Assembly (NCBI GenBank): GCA_964638425.1
Contig: CAZWYM010000001.1
Location: 74,441-138,440, forward strand
Length of the DNA stretch: 64,000 bases
Origin: an uncultured Candidatus Saccharibacteria bacterium
GTDB taxonomy: Bacteria; Patescibacteriota; Minisyncoccia; Phycocordibacterales; UBA918
Direction of reading: 5' to 3'
In this document: positions 30,477-40,894 of the stretch, piece by piece
Layout of the letters: each line of letters begins with the position of its first letter
How positions within the stretch are numbered: position 1 is the stretch's first letter
Position numbers and translations under genes: made by a program
Notes under the pieces: model-generated
What the model was told of the DNA's origin: nothing
The model's input: the letters and a program-made list of their open reading frames with translations, nothing else
Databases searched by the model: none

Positions 30477-31826
30477 ATGGAAACACAAGTGATTAACAAT
30501 TTCGGTGTTAAGACGGAAGTACCGGCCACACCAGTTCGCTACGTCTTGTATGCGAGAAAAAGTACCGAAGATTCCAGCGAGAAACAAGCACTTTCAATCG
30601 ACTCTCAAGTCAAGGAAATGCTCGCAATTGCAGAGCGTGAGGGGTTAGACATAATTGATATACGGCGCGAAGCACACTCCGCAAAAGACTCCGGGCAACG
30701 ACCAGTCTTTAATGAGATTTTAAGAGATATAAAATCAGGAAGATACAACGGAGTGGCAACGTGGAGTCCGGATCGCCTAAGTCGTTGTGGGGGTGACTTA
30801 GGTTCACTTGTTGATCTTATGGATGAGAAACATTTAATTCAAATCAGGACATATGGACAGACATTCACCAATACTCCAAGTGAAAAGTTTTTACTGATGA
30901 TCCTGTGTAGCCAAGCTAAATTAGAAAATGACCAAAAAAGTATCAACGTGAAGCGAGGACTTAAGACCAGAGTAGAAATGGGATTGTGGCCTGCACCGGC
31001 ACCAACGGGGTATATCAAAGAGAAACGGATGGACAGAAAGTGCGAGACTTTGATAGATCCAGACAGAGGTCATATTATTAAGCAAGTATTTGATAAAGTC
31101 GCATACGAAAAATGGAGTGGTCGAAAAGTATATAACTGGCTAAAATTTGATTTGAACTTTAAAACAGCTGGAGGGAACAAAAATCTTTCGTTGAGCAATA
31201 TATTTGTAATACTTCAAAATCATTTCTATTACGGTGTATTTGAATATCCAAAAAAAAGTGGCAACTGGTACAAAGGAAAACATGAACCGCTTATATCAAA
31301 AGAACTCTTTGATGCAGTCCAGATGCAAGTAAAGAGTCAGTTTGTCCGATCTGAGAATAAAGAGTTTGCATTCACCAAGCTCATGACATGCGGACTCTGT
31401 GGTTCAGGTATCTGTGCTGATGAGAAGTTCAAGAAACAGAAAAATGGGAATGTGCATCGACACGTATATTACGGGTGCACCAAATCAAAAGACAAAAACT
31501 GCAGGTGTGGCTATATCAACGAAATTGATCTTCTCAAACAATTTGAAGAGCTGATGGATAAAATTGATATAGATGAGATAGGTATCAAACAAAAATTGAA
31601 AGAAGAAGTGGAACGATTCAAAAAGTTCCAGAGAGTACTACTAGGAAAACCAACTCAAGTGACCGTTGAGGAGGTTGATATACGAAATTATGCAAAATAT
31701 TTACTCAGGGAAGGTAAGGATGTAGAGAAGAGAGAATTGCTAGGATGCATAAATAATACAATATATTTAGCAAGTAAAATAATAACTCTACAGATGAGTA
31801 AAAATTGCTTTATTATTGAAGAATGA
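30477..31826 (+). CDS. Large serine recombinase
   Basis: YVLYARKS, SPDRLSR, recombinase domain, KGKHEPLIS, CGLCG zinc ribbon. Confidence 0.93.
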   Translation: METQVINNFGVKTEVPATPVRYVLYARKSTEDSSEKQALSIDSQVKEMLAIAEREGLDIIDIRREAHSAKDSGQRPVFNEILRDIKSGRYNGVATWSPDRLSRCGGDLGSLVDLMDEKHLIQIRTYGQTFTNTPSEKFLLMILCSQAKLENDQKSINVKRGLKTRVEMGLWPAPAPTGYIKEKRMDRKCETLIDPDRGHIIKQVFDKVAYEKWSGRKVYNWLKFDLNFKTAGGNKNLSLSNIFVILQNHFYYGVFEYPKKSGNWYKGKHEPLISKELFDAVQMQVKSQFVRSENKEFAFTKLMTCGLCGSGICADEKFKKQKNGNVHRHVYYGCTKSKDKNCRCGYINEIDLLKQFEELMDKIDIDEIGIKQKLKEEVERFKKFQRVLLGKPTQVTVEEVDIRNYAKYLLREGKDVEKRELLGCINNTIYLASKIITLQMSKNCFIIEE

Positions 31827-31861
31827 ACTCAATCAAAGCAAACATGTTGGAAATGATTGAC

Positions 31862-32359
31862 TCAATTATTTTTTTGCAAAATTGATAATCGGTCTGCGTA
31901 GTGTATTCGTACCAAACTCACCACATACGATGCGAGTGTAACTGCACCTATCGCAATACCTACACTACCAACAACATCTATGCTGTGATGTACATTTGCC
32001 AGTACGCGAGAAATGCCAACGCCGACAGCAAGTATCGCAAGTACTACTCCAAGAACTTTATTCTCCGTGTACACGAGGGCAGAAATTGTGGCAACCAGGA
32101 GCGTGTGCTCCGATGGAAAACCATTGTCGGGTATATGAGCAATGAGGGGTTGTATATTTTCAACCACAAAAGGACGAGGGTTGGAAATGAATAAACTAGC
32201 AAGTCGTCCCAGTAGAAAGGCTATAGGGAGTGCCACAATCACTCTTCCTACAAAGATAATTCTTCTCTGCGTAGGTAGTATCAGAAGAAATACAATTCCC
32301 GTCAGCACAATGCCTACGTGTAGTTTGGTTGCGAAGAAAACAGTGATTGCATCCATCAT
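31862..32359 (-). CDS. PAP2 family phosphatase (undecaprenyl-PP phosphatase-like)
   Basis: RPF, FPSEH, SRV...VH...D motifs. Confidence 0.88.
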   Translation of the reverse strand: MMDAITVFFATKLHVGIVLTGIVFLLILPTQRRIIFVGRVIVALPIAFLLGRLASLFISNPRPFVVENIQPLIAHIPDNGFPSEHTLLVATISALVYTENKVLGVVLAILAVGVGISRVLANVHHSIDVVGSVGIAIGAVTLASYVVSLVRIHYADRLSILQKNN

Positions 32360-32360
32360 A

Positions 32361-34289
32361 TTATTTGGTCGAAAATAGTCTCAAACTATTGAGAATAACA
32401 ATAAGTGCCATTCCTGAATCTGCTGCAATGGCAACGACAAGATTCGACATACCGAAAATTACTAGTATGAGAAATACGACTTTCACACCCAGAGCGAGAG
32501 CGATATTTGCTCGAATGACAGACATGGTCTTTCGTGCAAGCCGTATTGCATATGGAATGGTTTCCAAGTTTCCTGAAAGGAGAGCAATATCAGCAGTCTC
32601 TATTGCGACATCAGTACCCCCTGCACCAATTGCAAAGCCCACATCAGAAAGTGCGAGTGCCGGTGCGTCATTAATGCCATCGCCCACCATTGCAATGGTC
32701 CCGTATGTCTGTTTTTGTGTTTGCACAACTTCCACCTTTTCCTCAGGTGAAAGAGACGCGTGAATATCCGTAATACCAACGGTCTTTGCCACAGCTGTAG
32801 CACTGTGCACGTTGTCTCCCGTAAGCATAGAACTCTGCACCCCGAGACGCGTGAGTGATGCGATTACACTTTGTGCTTCCTCACGCACAACGTCAGAGAT
32901 ACCAATGGCACCAATGACCTGTTTTCCTTCTGCAACGAGGACGACCGTCTTACCCTCTTTTTCTAGACGTTCTACGTCTTGCATGAATACACCGTCTTCA
33001 ATCCCATACTCACGCATCATTTTTGTGTTGCCTATGTAGTTGTGAGCATCACATATCGAACACTCTGCATGCCCGCCCTTACCAGCGACATTTTCATACG
33101 TATGCATAACGTGTGGAATAATGTTCTGTTCTTTTGCATACGTGAGAATAGATTCTGCGAGAGGATGTGACGAGAATTGTTCAATTCCTGCTGCATCAGC
33201 AATTACATCGTCCTTACTATGATCGCCGAATGTTACGACATCAGTGACACGGTGGCGACCGAAGGTAAGGGTGCGTGTTTTATCGAATGCGATACTTTTT
33301 AGTTTTGCGAGCTTCTCAAGATACACACCACCCTTTACGAGTACTCCATGTCGCGATGCTCCTCCTATTGCTGATGCAATAGCGACAGGTGTGGAAATCA
33401 CGAGTGCGCACGGACAGGCGATTACCAAGAGCACCAATGCGCGATACAGCCATGTATCAAATGATTGACCAAAGAGAAATACTGGCACTGTTGCAACGAG
33501 CATTGAAAGAACGACGACCGCTGGCGTGTAGTACCGAGCAAACGAGTCGATGAACGCTTCGGTGGGTGCTCTTGAAGCTTGCGCTTCTTTCACCAATGCG
33601 ATAATTCGAGCAAACATGGAATCATCGCTTCTCTTCACAACCATGACCTCGAGATATCCTTGGATGTTCATTGTTCCTGCAAAGACGGTATCTTTCACCT
33701 GTACCTCAACAGGAGCAGATTCACCGGTGACCGCTGACGTATCAATGGAGGATGACCCTTTCGCCACAGTTCCATCAAGCGGTATCTGCACTCCGGGTCG
33801 GACGACAACAATTGAACCTACGGTGACGCTCTCAACAGGAACAATAGTTCCATCAAGAAGCTCTGCTGTTTTTGGTGAACGTTCTATGAGCGCAGCAACG
33901 GCACGCTTCGATCGCTCAATGCCAAAAGACTCAAACAACTCAGAAAGTGAAAATAGAAATATGACTGCGGCTGCCTCACCATATTCACCAATATACAAAG
34001 CGCCAATCGAAGCGATGACAACGAGAAAACTAATATTAAGAAATCGCTGTTTCAGGAGTCCTCGCACTGCACTACGAACTACAAACACTGACCCTACCAG
34101 TATCGATAGAATATAGAACACCGTGCTCCATCCTTGGGAAAGTGAAAACGAGCTCAAAAAACCAACTGCCAGCAGGAGACCAGCAATGGGTGTAAGTGTC
34201 TTGAGTATCTGCGTAGAGGAAAAGAAGTTAGTCTGGTGAGATGATTCGTCATGTTCACAATGGTCGCATCGTGTATGTTCGTGTGCCAT
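32361..34289 (-). CDS. zntA: Heavy-metal P1B ATPase (ZntA/CadA-like)
   Basis: His/Cys N-terminus, TGES, CPC, DKTRT, SSHP, GDGINDAP. Confidence 0.92.
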   Translation of the reverse strand: MAHEHTRCDHCEHDESSHQTNFFSSTQILKTLTPIAGLLLAVGFLSSFSLSQGWSTVFYILSILVGSVFVVRSAVRGLLKQRFLNISFLVVIASIGALYIGEYGEAAAVIFLFSLSELFESFGIERSKRAVAALIERSPKTAELLDGTIVPVESVTVGSIVVVRPGVQIPLDGTVAKGSSSIDTSAVTGESAPVEVQVKDTVFAGTMNIQGYLEVMVVKRSDDSMFARIIALVKEAQASRAPTEAFIDSFARYYTPAVVVLSMLVATVPVFLFGQSFDTWLYRALVLLVIACPCALVISTPVAIASAIGGASRHGVLVKGGVYLEKLAKLKSIAFDKTRTLTFGRHRVTDVVTFGDHSKDDVIADAAGIEQFSSHPLAESILTYAKEQNIIPHVMHTYENVAGKGGHAECSICDAHNYIGNTKMMREYGIEDGVFMQDVERLEKEGKTVVLVAEGKQVIGAIGISDVVREEAQSVIASLTRLGVQSSMLTGDNVHSATAVAKTVGITDIHASLSPEEKVEVVQTQKQTYGTIAMVGDGINDAPALALSDVGFAIGAGGTDVAIETADIALLSGNLETIPYAIRLARKTMSVIRANIALALGVKVVFLILVIFGMSNLVVAIAADSGMALIVILNSLRLFSTK

Positions 34290-34297
34290 ATAAATGT

Positions 34298-35110
34298 TTA
34301 ATTATTATGTGTGTAAATTCTTTGATCGGTACTGAGTCTTTTTTGAAATTCTCGCAAAATAAAGAGACTTACGTCATCCATCGTAGTATGCCCACCACGA
34401 AACGGTTTTTCAATGACTTGAATGAGTCGATAGATGTACATAAACAGGTAGGAAATGAAGCCGAGTAAAAATGCCGATTCGATGGAACCCTCTGTCTTCA
34501 GAAACAAGAGCAGACCGATGACACCAAATATCAATGTCGTTGCTAATGTATGTGCTGAGGGAAGAAACATTGTGCGTTGAATGTGGTACACACGCAACAC
34601 ATGTTTACGTAAGAGCGACTGCTCATTTTCAAGTCGTACAATGTAGTTGGCGGGCATACCCAGTGCCTCCATCTGAGAGAATTGGTTTGATAGCGCATTG
34701 ATAGAATCAACACATGGTTGTAAATCATGATGTCCTCCTTGATGTGATACCCCTGAAATAAAATCTTCAGTAATTCGCTGCAACACTTGTCGTGTACTTT
34801 CTAAGTCAAAAGTAGAATTTTTCTGCTTAAACACAAGTGCCTTTTCGTAGATACTCTCTAGTGTTGAGCGAAATTCAACTGGAAATTTATCTGCTTCCTT
34901 ATAATCTGCAATAATGCCCGAAAGAAGAAATCCTATGATAAATACCACACCACCAATAGCACTCGTGAAAAGTGCGTTGAGTGTGAAGATTTCCAATCCA
35001 AAGTAGTGAATGCCCGCTTTGACAAGAAGTAGTGCACTTACCCCGATTACGGTAAATACACTGACTGAGGAAATCAATGACGTGAGTGATTCTTTATTCT
35101 CGGTATACAT
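34298..35110 (-). CDS. 4-TM membrane protein (bestrophin-like topology)
   Basis: 2 TM, soluble region, 2 TM, IEKPF. Confidence 0.55.
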   Translation of the reverse strand: MYTENKESLTSLISSVSVFTVIGVSALLLVKAGIHYFGLEIFTLNALFTSAIGGVVFIIGFLLSGIIADYKEADKFPVEFRSTLESIYEKALVFKQKNSTFDLESTRQVLQRITEDFISGVSHQGGHHDLQPCVDSINALSNQFSQMEALGMPANYIVRLENEQSLLRKHVLRVYHIQRTMFLPSAHTLATTLIFGVIGLLLFLKTEGSIESAFLLGFISYLFMYIYRLIQVIEKPFRGGHTTMDDVSLFILREFQKRLSTDQRIYTHNN

Positions 35111-35113
35111 ATA

Positions 35114-37264
35114 CTACTCTGAAAAATTATTCTCTTGTAATAGTTTTCTTAGTGTCCTTGAGTAGATTGTTACATCGTATTCATCTTTAAGTTTTGCAGA
35201 GAGGCCTAGAGCCAGATCCTCGTGCTTTTGGGCCATAATCGCCTCACGAATAAACTCCTTGGCCTGTTCAAAAGCAATGAGTTCTGGATTTGTGCGTTCG
35301 AGCACTTCGACAATATATAGGTAACCATTTGCCTCGAATGGTCGACTGATTTCCCCGACTGCGGTCGCCAATACTTCTGCGTGATATCCGTGTTCGGAGA
35401 ATTCGCCGAGCAATTCATTACTCTCAGACACCCATCCGTTCACTTCTCCTCCGTTCGTCTTCGTCTCCTCGTCTTCAGAATATTCGTTTACCACAGTGGC
35501 AAAATCGCTGGCTTCACCAAACGCACCGGGCACGAGTTTTTTATATGCCTCTTCTGCCTTATTCATTGCCTGAGTGTGTTCCTCTTCCGATTCGCCAGAA
35601 CGGATCGCAATCTGCCGCACGCGCGATTTCGGCGGGAGCATAAGTTGATCTTTCCTTTCATCGTAAAAGGCACGCAGTTCAGCGTCATCAACAGTGATTT
35701 TTTCGTCAACTTCTTCTTGCTCGAGCATCTGCGCGAGCACTTTGAGTTTCATTTCATCTATTTTTTCCTGCGACTTTGTTTGTGAGACTTTAGTAATACT
35801 GTCTTCATAAATGAGCATTCGTTCAATAATGCGTTCAACCAAATTTTGTTTCCCCTCAATGCCAGTGTATGTGGCTAGAAATGATGAAGGTAATTCTTGA
35901 TACTCACTCCAAAAATCACCGAGTGTTAACTGTTTGCCGTTTAGTGTCACGAGCACACGATCGGCATTGTCAGCATAATATTTCTCTTCAGTAGTTCGAT
36001 ATACTTGATCAAAGATTTCTGTCCATACTTCATCAAAGGCCCGTTGCCGTGGTGGGTTTTTCTTTGTCACTTGTGCAATAGTAAATCCGTCACTCGTTTC
36101 AAGCACATCACTTATCCTACCTACTTCAAGACTGAAGAGCGTTGACTCGTATGTAGTATCCTGTGACGATCCTCGCGCGATTGTATGCGGTTCCGACGTC
36201 AGACCATCCATCTGTTCTGTCATTGGTGGAAATCCTGCTCCAGAGCGGATTGCCGTTATGAGCGCGAGAGCACGCTCTCGCGCCTGTTCTTTGTTTGAAC
36301 CTAATGGGATATGAATCTCATTCACCTCAATCTGCTCTGGAATGTTAAAACTCTGTGCGTTCTCAGTGTAATATGCAAGTAACGAATCTTCAGTTGGTTG
36401 CGGAGCAGCGAGAATTCCCATATCTCTTGTGATAGATGCTCTTTGTTTCAGTGAAGCAATGTAATCTGCAACAAATGTATCCTCATTCGCATTTTTCAAA
36501 GTATCTTCTATTTCTTTTCTTACATCGGTGAGCGTTCGATCACCAAATGTCTCTTTATTTGCTTCATAGTATGCCTGTATATCGCCCTCACTGACGCCAA
36601 GTTGACCCTCGTGCATTTGCGTATGTAACTCATCAAGATTTATTTCCTCGGCAATATGTTGCATCGTGTGTGAAAATCCATCTCCTTGGTCTGGCTGTTG
36701 TGTTGCTTGCCCTTGCTGTACTAACGTATCACTTACCATGTCCTCGAGTATTGATGCATATCCGTTAGGTGTGCGTAGTCGCTCCTGCGCTGACTCATCA
36801 CTTACAAGTGTTTTGAGGTGCTCCTCAACATCTTCTATAGTAATTTGACCACCACTCCACGTCACGAGAACATTTGGTGCTGGTGGATACGGAGCGAAAA
36901 GAATGTCTTTGAAAAATACCGCGATTGCTAAAATCAGCACGAACGCTCCTATAACTATTTTTCTTTTCCAAAATGGGCGTTGCTGTGAGAACGGGGCGTC
37001 TTCAGTATCTGAAACATCTACGGATACGTCTGGTGTTGCTATATTGCTTGGTTCATTCGGTGTCTGGATACTATTTATTTGATTGGTAGATTCTGTACGT
37101 ATTTGACTATCATCAGACGACATATCTGACGACAAGGGACTCTTGTTGTCATCAGTAACGGAAGATACACCAAGTGCCACTCGCATATCAGCCCACACTT
37201 GTCGCCACGTATGGGAACGTGTCGGTACTGTTTCATTATTTTTGTATTCTTGATTGTCAGACAT
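35114..37264 (-). CDS. Membrane-anchored multi-domain parvulin PPIase (PrsA/SurA-like)
   Basis: TM, repeated YY..N...F, SRVRQI, EYSED..TKTNGG, GEISRPF. Confidence 0.85.
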   Translation of the reverse strand: MSDNQEYKNNETVPTRSHTWRQVWADMRVALGVSSVTDDNKSPLSSDMSSDDSQIRTESTNQINSIQTPNEPSNIATPDVSVDVSDTEDAPFSQQRPFWKRKIVIGAFVLILAIAVFFKDILFAPYPPAPNVLVTWSGGQITIEDVEEHLKTLVSDESAQERLRTPNGYASILEDMVSDTLVQQGQATQQPDQGDGFSHTMQHIAEEINLDELHTQMHEGQLGVSEGDIQAYYEANKETFGDRTLTDVRKEIEDTLKNANEDTFVADYIASLKQRASITRDMGILAAPQPTEDSLLAYYTENAQSFNIPEQIEVNEIHIPLGSNKEQARERALALITAIRSGAGFPPMTEQMDGLTSEPHTIARGSSQDTTYESTLFSLEVGRISDVLETSDGFTIAQVTKKNPPRQRAFDEVWTEIFDQVYRTTEEKYYADNADRVLVTLNGKQLTLGDFWSEYQELPSSFLATYTGIEGKQNLVERIIERMLIYEDSITKVSQTKSQEKIDEMKLKVLAQMLEQEEVDEKITVDDAELRAFYDERKDQLMLPPKSRVRQIAIRSGESEEEHTQAMNKAEEAYKKLVPGAFGEASDFATVVNEYSEDEETKTNGGEVNGWVSESNELLGEFSEHGYHAEVLATAVGEISRPFEANGYLYIVEVLERTNPELIAFEQAKEFIREAIMAQKHEDLALGLSAKLKDEYDVTIYSRTLRKLLQENNFSE

Positions 37265-37269
37265 ACCTA

Positions 37270-38385
37270 TTAGGGATTATTGATCGACGGGAAGACAGAC
37301 GCATTTTCTCCGCCATCAAGGAGTTTTAGATTTACCTGATCTCCAGGCTCAACAACATACATCTTCACTCGGGGAATAACCTGCTCCATTCGCTCTAGGA
37401 ACAGACGATTTCTCGTAATACCCTCACCGTAGATGCGACTGTTTTGCTGATATTGTGCAAGCATCGTGTCAAATCCAGCACCTAGACCGCGAGCGTTGTT
37501 AATCTCCGCTTTTGCGGTACTTGTAGCCTCAGTCAGTAGTTTTTGTGCCTGCCCACGCGCTTCAGGCACAACACTATTTCTGTACCCCTCAGCCTCGTTC
37601 ATCGCTTTCCCTTTATCTTCGCGAGCGCTCGCCACATCTCGAAATGAATCGGCAACTTCTTCAGGAGGATATGCTTTTTGGAAGTTGACGTTTACGATGC
37701 GCACGCCACTTTTATATTCGTCGAGAAGTCGTTGTGCCTCTTGACCAAGTGCAAGTAGAACCTGCTGACGATCTGTCGTGAGTATGCCATCAACGGATGT
37801 CCGTGTGCTCACTGAAGTTACTGCGGCGCGTATGGTATCACGCACAATTTGATACGGTTCATACTCAAGTGTGAAAAGGTACAAAACCGGATCAATTATC
37901 TGATATTGAACAACAACTTCATAATCCAGAATGTTAGTGTCACCGCTCAGCACTTGGAGCGTTCCTGCTTTTCCTGCGTGTTCAGGGTGTTCTGGCTCGC
38001 CAGTTTGTAAGCCGACACTCTCACGGCGAATTTCTGAAGTGTTTACCACAAGCTCGCGTTCAAGTGGCCACGGGAGGCGATAGTGAAGTCCTGCCGTAAC
38101 TCGCGGGTTCACCACCTTGCCAAAGCGTGTCACCACAGCAACTTCACCTGATTTAATCATGTATATTCCAGATAGCAGGTATACAGCCAGAATCGCTAGC
38201 ACAAATAACGTAAAAGCACGTTGTGGGCGTATGTGTGAAAAAGCTGCACGCATATCTCTCATCGTGTCCGAATCGGAATGTATAATCTTCACCGTCACCG
38301 ACCAAAGATAGGTTGACATGTACAACACAGCAAAAATTATTCTGCGTATATATTTTGTACTGTTTCCTTCGTTATTATTTTCCAT
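37270..38385 (-). CDS. hflK: HflK family SPFH protein
   Basis: VVTRFGK, GLHYRLPWP, PPEEVADSFRDVASARED, PEARGQA, TRNRLFLE. Confidence 0.88.
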   Translation of the reverse strand: MENNNEGNSTKYIRRIIFAVLYMSTYLWSVTVKIIHSDSDTMRDMRAAFSHIRPQRAFTLFVLAILAVYLLSGIYMIKSGEVAVVTRFGKVVNPRVTAGLHYRLPWPLERELVVNTSEIRRESVGLQTGEPEHPEHAGKAGTLQVLSGDTNILDYEVVVQYQIIDPVLYLFTLEYEPYQIVRDTIRAAVTSVSTRTSVDGILTTDRQQVLLALGQEAQRLLDEYKSGVRIVNVNFQKAYPPEEVADSFRDVASAREDKGKAMNEAEGYRNSVVPEARGQAQKLLTEATSTAKAEINNARGLGAGFDTMLAQYQQNSRIYGEGITRNRLFLERMEQVIPRVKMYVVEPGDQVNLKLLDGGENASVFPSINNP

Positions 38386-38398
38386 AGTATGTTACTAA

Positions 38399-39334
38399 TT
38401 ACGGATTGAGGTACTTAAGGAGTTCCGAATCGGAAGGAAGAATGAGTGTCGTACCAGGCGTGATAATCTTGTCATACGACTCAAGTGTACGTAGGAATTG
38501 ATAAAAGCCAGGATCTTTTCCAAATGCCTGCGCATATATACGAATGGCTTCCGCTTCACCTTCACCCTTTGTTTTACTTGCTTCTTCTTGTGCCTTAGAG
38601 AGCAATTGAGTTTTCTCCGCATCTGCCTCTGCACGAATTTTTGTCGCCTCTTCAGTTCCTTCGGCGCGAAGTTGGCGTGCAATTTGTTGCCGTTCAGCCC
38701 GCATTCGCTGGAAAACGCTTTGTCTGTTTGCCTCAGGGAAATTTATCTGCTTCAATCGCACGTCGGTCACACTGAAGCCGTATTCCTTGGTACGATCGTT
38801 CGTTTGCTTTGTCAGATTCTCAAGCATTTGCGAAAGTTGTATCTGGGATGGATCAGTTGAGACGAGGTTGGAAAGTTCGTATTGACTGAGTGCAATGCCC
38901 AGTTCAGAAATCATAATGTCCGAAAGACGCGAAGCTGCACCCTGATTATCTCGGACACTTCTGTAGAATTGCACAGGATCTTGAAGTTGCCATGTTGCAT
39001 ATGCTTCAACCAATACATTTTTCTTGTCTTTGGTAAGGAACTCCGATTCGCCAATCGTAAATATTTGTGTTCGCCGATCAAGACGAGTGACACTCTGAAT
39101 AGGATCAGGCAACTTGGCATATAAGCCTGGTGCGGTAATTGTCCTGACCGGATTTCCGAACTGCGTTACGATGGCATATTGAGTCGTATCAACTTGAAAC
39201 GCAACAAGAAAAGAGACGAGCAGGGTCATAAAAATTCCGAATATCAGAATGTTTCTGCCACGAGAATGTGAGCGATGCATGCGTGAGGGTTCTCCGGCGC
39301 CAGCTGTCATTGTCTGTGTAGTGTGTGTTAACAT
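38399..39334 (-). CDS. hflC: HflC family SPFH protein
   Basis: IVTQFGNP, LTKDKKN, VFQRMRAER, DPGFYQFLRTLESY. Confidence 0.92.
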   Translation of the reverse strand: MLTHTTQTMTAGAGEPSRMHRSHSRGRNILIFGIFMTLLVSFLVAFQVDTTQYAIVTQFGNPVRTITAPGLYAKLPDPIQSVTRLDRRTQIFTIGESEFLTKDKKNVLVEAYATWQLQDPVQFYRSVRDNQGAASRLSDIMISELGIALSQYELSNLVSTDPSQIQLSQMLENLTKQTNDRTKEYGFSVTDVRLKQINFPEANRQSVFQRMRAERQQIARQLRAEGTEEATKIRAEADAEKTQLLSKAQEEASKTKGEGEAEAIRIYAQAFGKDPGFYQFLRTLESYDKIITPGTTLILPSDSELLKYLNP

Positions 39335-39356
39335 AAAGGTATAATTTTAAAAGTTA

Positions 39357-40862
39357 TTAATTTTGATTGCCAATCCAGATATCAGTAGCGTTTGTCTGTA
39401 CTTGCGGATCAAGGATAAATTTTTTACTTTCTGGTAACACTTGTTCCAACATTTCAAGATAGAGACGAGTCCTCGTTACTGCAGGCGCAGTCTGGTAGGC
39501 AATGAGTTTACTGCTAAACTGCGTACTCTCCCCAGTCGCAATTCTGATTTTCCTCTCCTTCTCTGCCTTTGATTCGGTAACGAGCTTGGCAGATTCGCCA
39601 CGGGCGAGGGCAATGGTCTCATTTTTATACGCGAGTGCTTCGTTAATGTATGTACTTTTGTCCTCACGTGCACTTGCGACATCTCGAAATGCATCAGCAA
39701 TCTCCTCTGGAGGAGTAATCGTGACTAACTCAACACCAACCACATCTATACCAAATATGTCCTCGGCAATACGCTTGCGTACACGTTCTCGTGCGTCTGA
39801 GAGGATTAACCCTCTCCCATCAGTGAAAAGTTTGTCTGCTCCTTGTTCTGATACTACTTGCCGAAAAGACGTCTCAACCTCTTCCATTAAGAACTGATCA
39901 GGATTTGTGGCGGCAAAAAGATACTGCTTGATATCAGTGACACGGTACTGAACTGCAAGTGAAGCTTCAACAAGATTATTATCACCACTCAGCACAAGAA
40001 GTTGAGGAGTTTTCGCTGAAATCACCGCGCCAATATCGTGGAGTGTAATTTGATCAAATAGTGGTAGTCGCACATGAATGCCTGGTTGAACCACCTGTAT
40101 AACTTTCCCAAAGCGTTGGACGACCGCTTGCTGACCAAGTGGTATCGAGTAGATGCTGGCTGAAACAACAAACAGTACTGCGAGGAATCCTCCCAGTAAG
40201 GATACGTGCGTACCCTTGAGGTGATATTTCGGATGCAAGTATCGTTCGGGTTCCAAAACACGTTGCTGTTTGAAAGCTGCGAGCGCAGCAAGACCAATTT
40301 CCAAGCTTGATACGACGATAAGTACGACGACAACGGCTGCGGCGATACGATCAAGAGTAGGAAAACCAATCAATGCTGCAATAAGTCCAATAACAATAAG
40401 TGCTGAGGCGTAGAGATCCATCCGTGAGTGGTATCCACTTGCGATAAGACTCAGTGATTGCGTTGCCTGACCAACATATTCTTTATATCGAGCAGTGAAG
40501 TACGTTATGCCTATGGTAACAAAGGCTCCGAGAGTCACAGGCCAGATATTTGTGAGGTCTGGCAGCTCTCCAATCCCTGACACGTCCCTAAAAATATCAA
40601 ACGCTGTATACATCATGAATACGGACACCATAAGTGCAAGTCCATTTTCAACTATACCCACTCGTTGTTGTGTAGAGAAACTACGTCGTGACATAAATAA
40701 TCCCACAAGAACAACACCTGACACGAACACATCGCTCACCGAGTGCCATGCACTCGCTCGGAGCGCGAGACTTCCCGATACTGCACCGAGCAAAAATTTC
40801 ATGAGCACAAGGCTCAATTGTGCAACAATCGTTATGAGGATGGTTTTTTCTTTTCTATCCAT
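39357..40862 (-). CDS. Cation diffusion facilitator TM domain fused to an HflK/SPFH domain
   Basis: SGSLAL..SAWHSVSD and GYHSRMD (HxxxD sites), then VVQRFGK...PPEEIADAFRDVASARED...TRTRLYLE. Confidence 0.85.
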   Translation of the reverse strand: MDRKEKTILITIVAQLSLVLMKFLLGAVSGSLALRASAWHSVSDVFVSGVVLVGLFMSRRSFSTQQRVGIVENGLALMVSVFMMYTAFDIFRDVSGIGELPDLTNIWPVTLGAFVTIGITYFTARYKEYVGQATQSLSLIASGYHSRMDLYASALIVIGLIAALIGFPTLDRIAAAVVVVLIVVSSLEIGLAALAAFKQQRVLEPERYLHPKYHLKGTHVSLLGGFLAVLFVVSASIYSIPLGQQAVVQRFGKVIQVVQPGIHVRLPLFDQITLHDIGAVISAKTPQLLVLSGDNNLVEASLAVQYRVTDIKQYLFAATNPDQFLMEEVETSFRQVVSEQGADKLFTDGRGLILSDARERVRKRIAEDIFGIDVVGVELVTITPPEEIADAFRDVASAREDKSTYINEALAYKNETIALARGESAKLVTESKAEKERKIRIATGESTQFSSKLIAYQTAPAVTRTRLYLEMLEQVLPESKKFILDPQVQTNATDIWIGNQN

Positions 40863-40894
40863 ACACGTTACATTAAATTAATAAAGGTACGATA

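Noticed and set aside
24497-31826. Complete prophage
   Set aside because: No portal, capsid, tail or lysis genes are recognisable.
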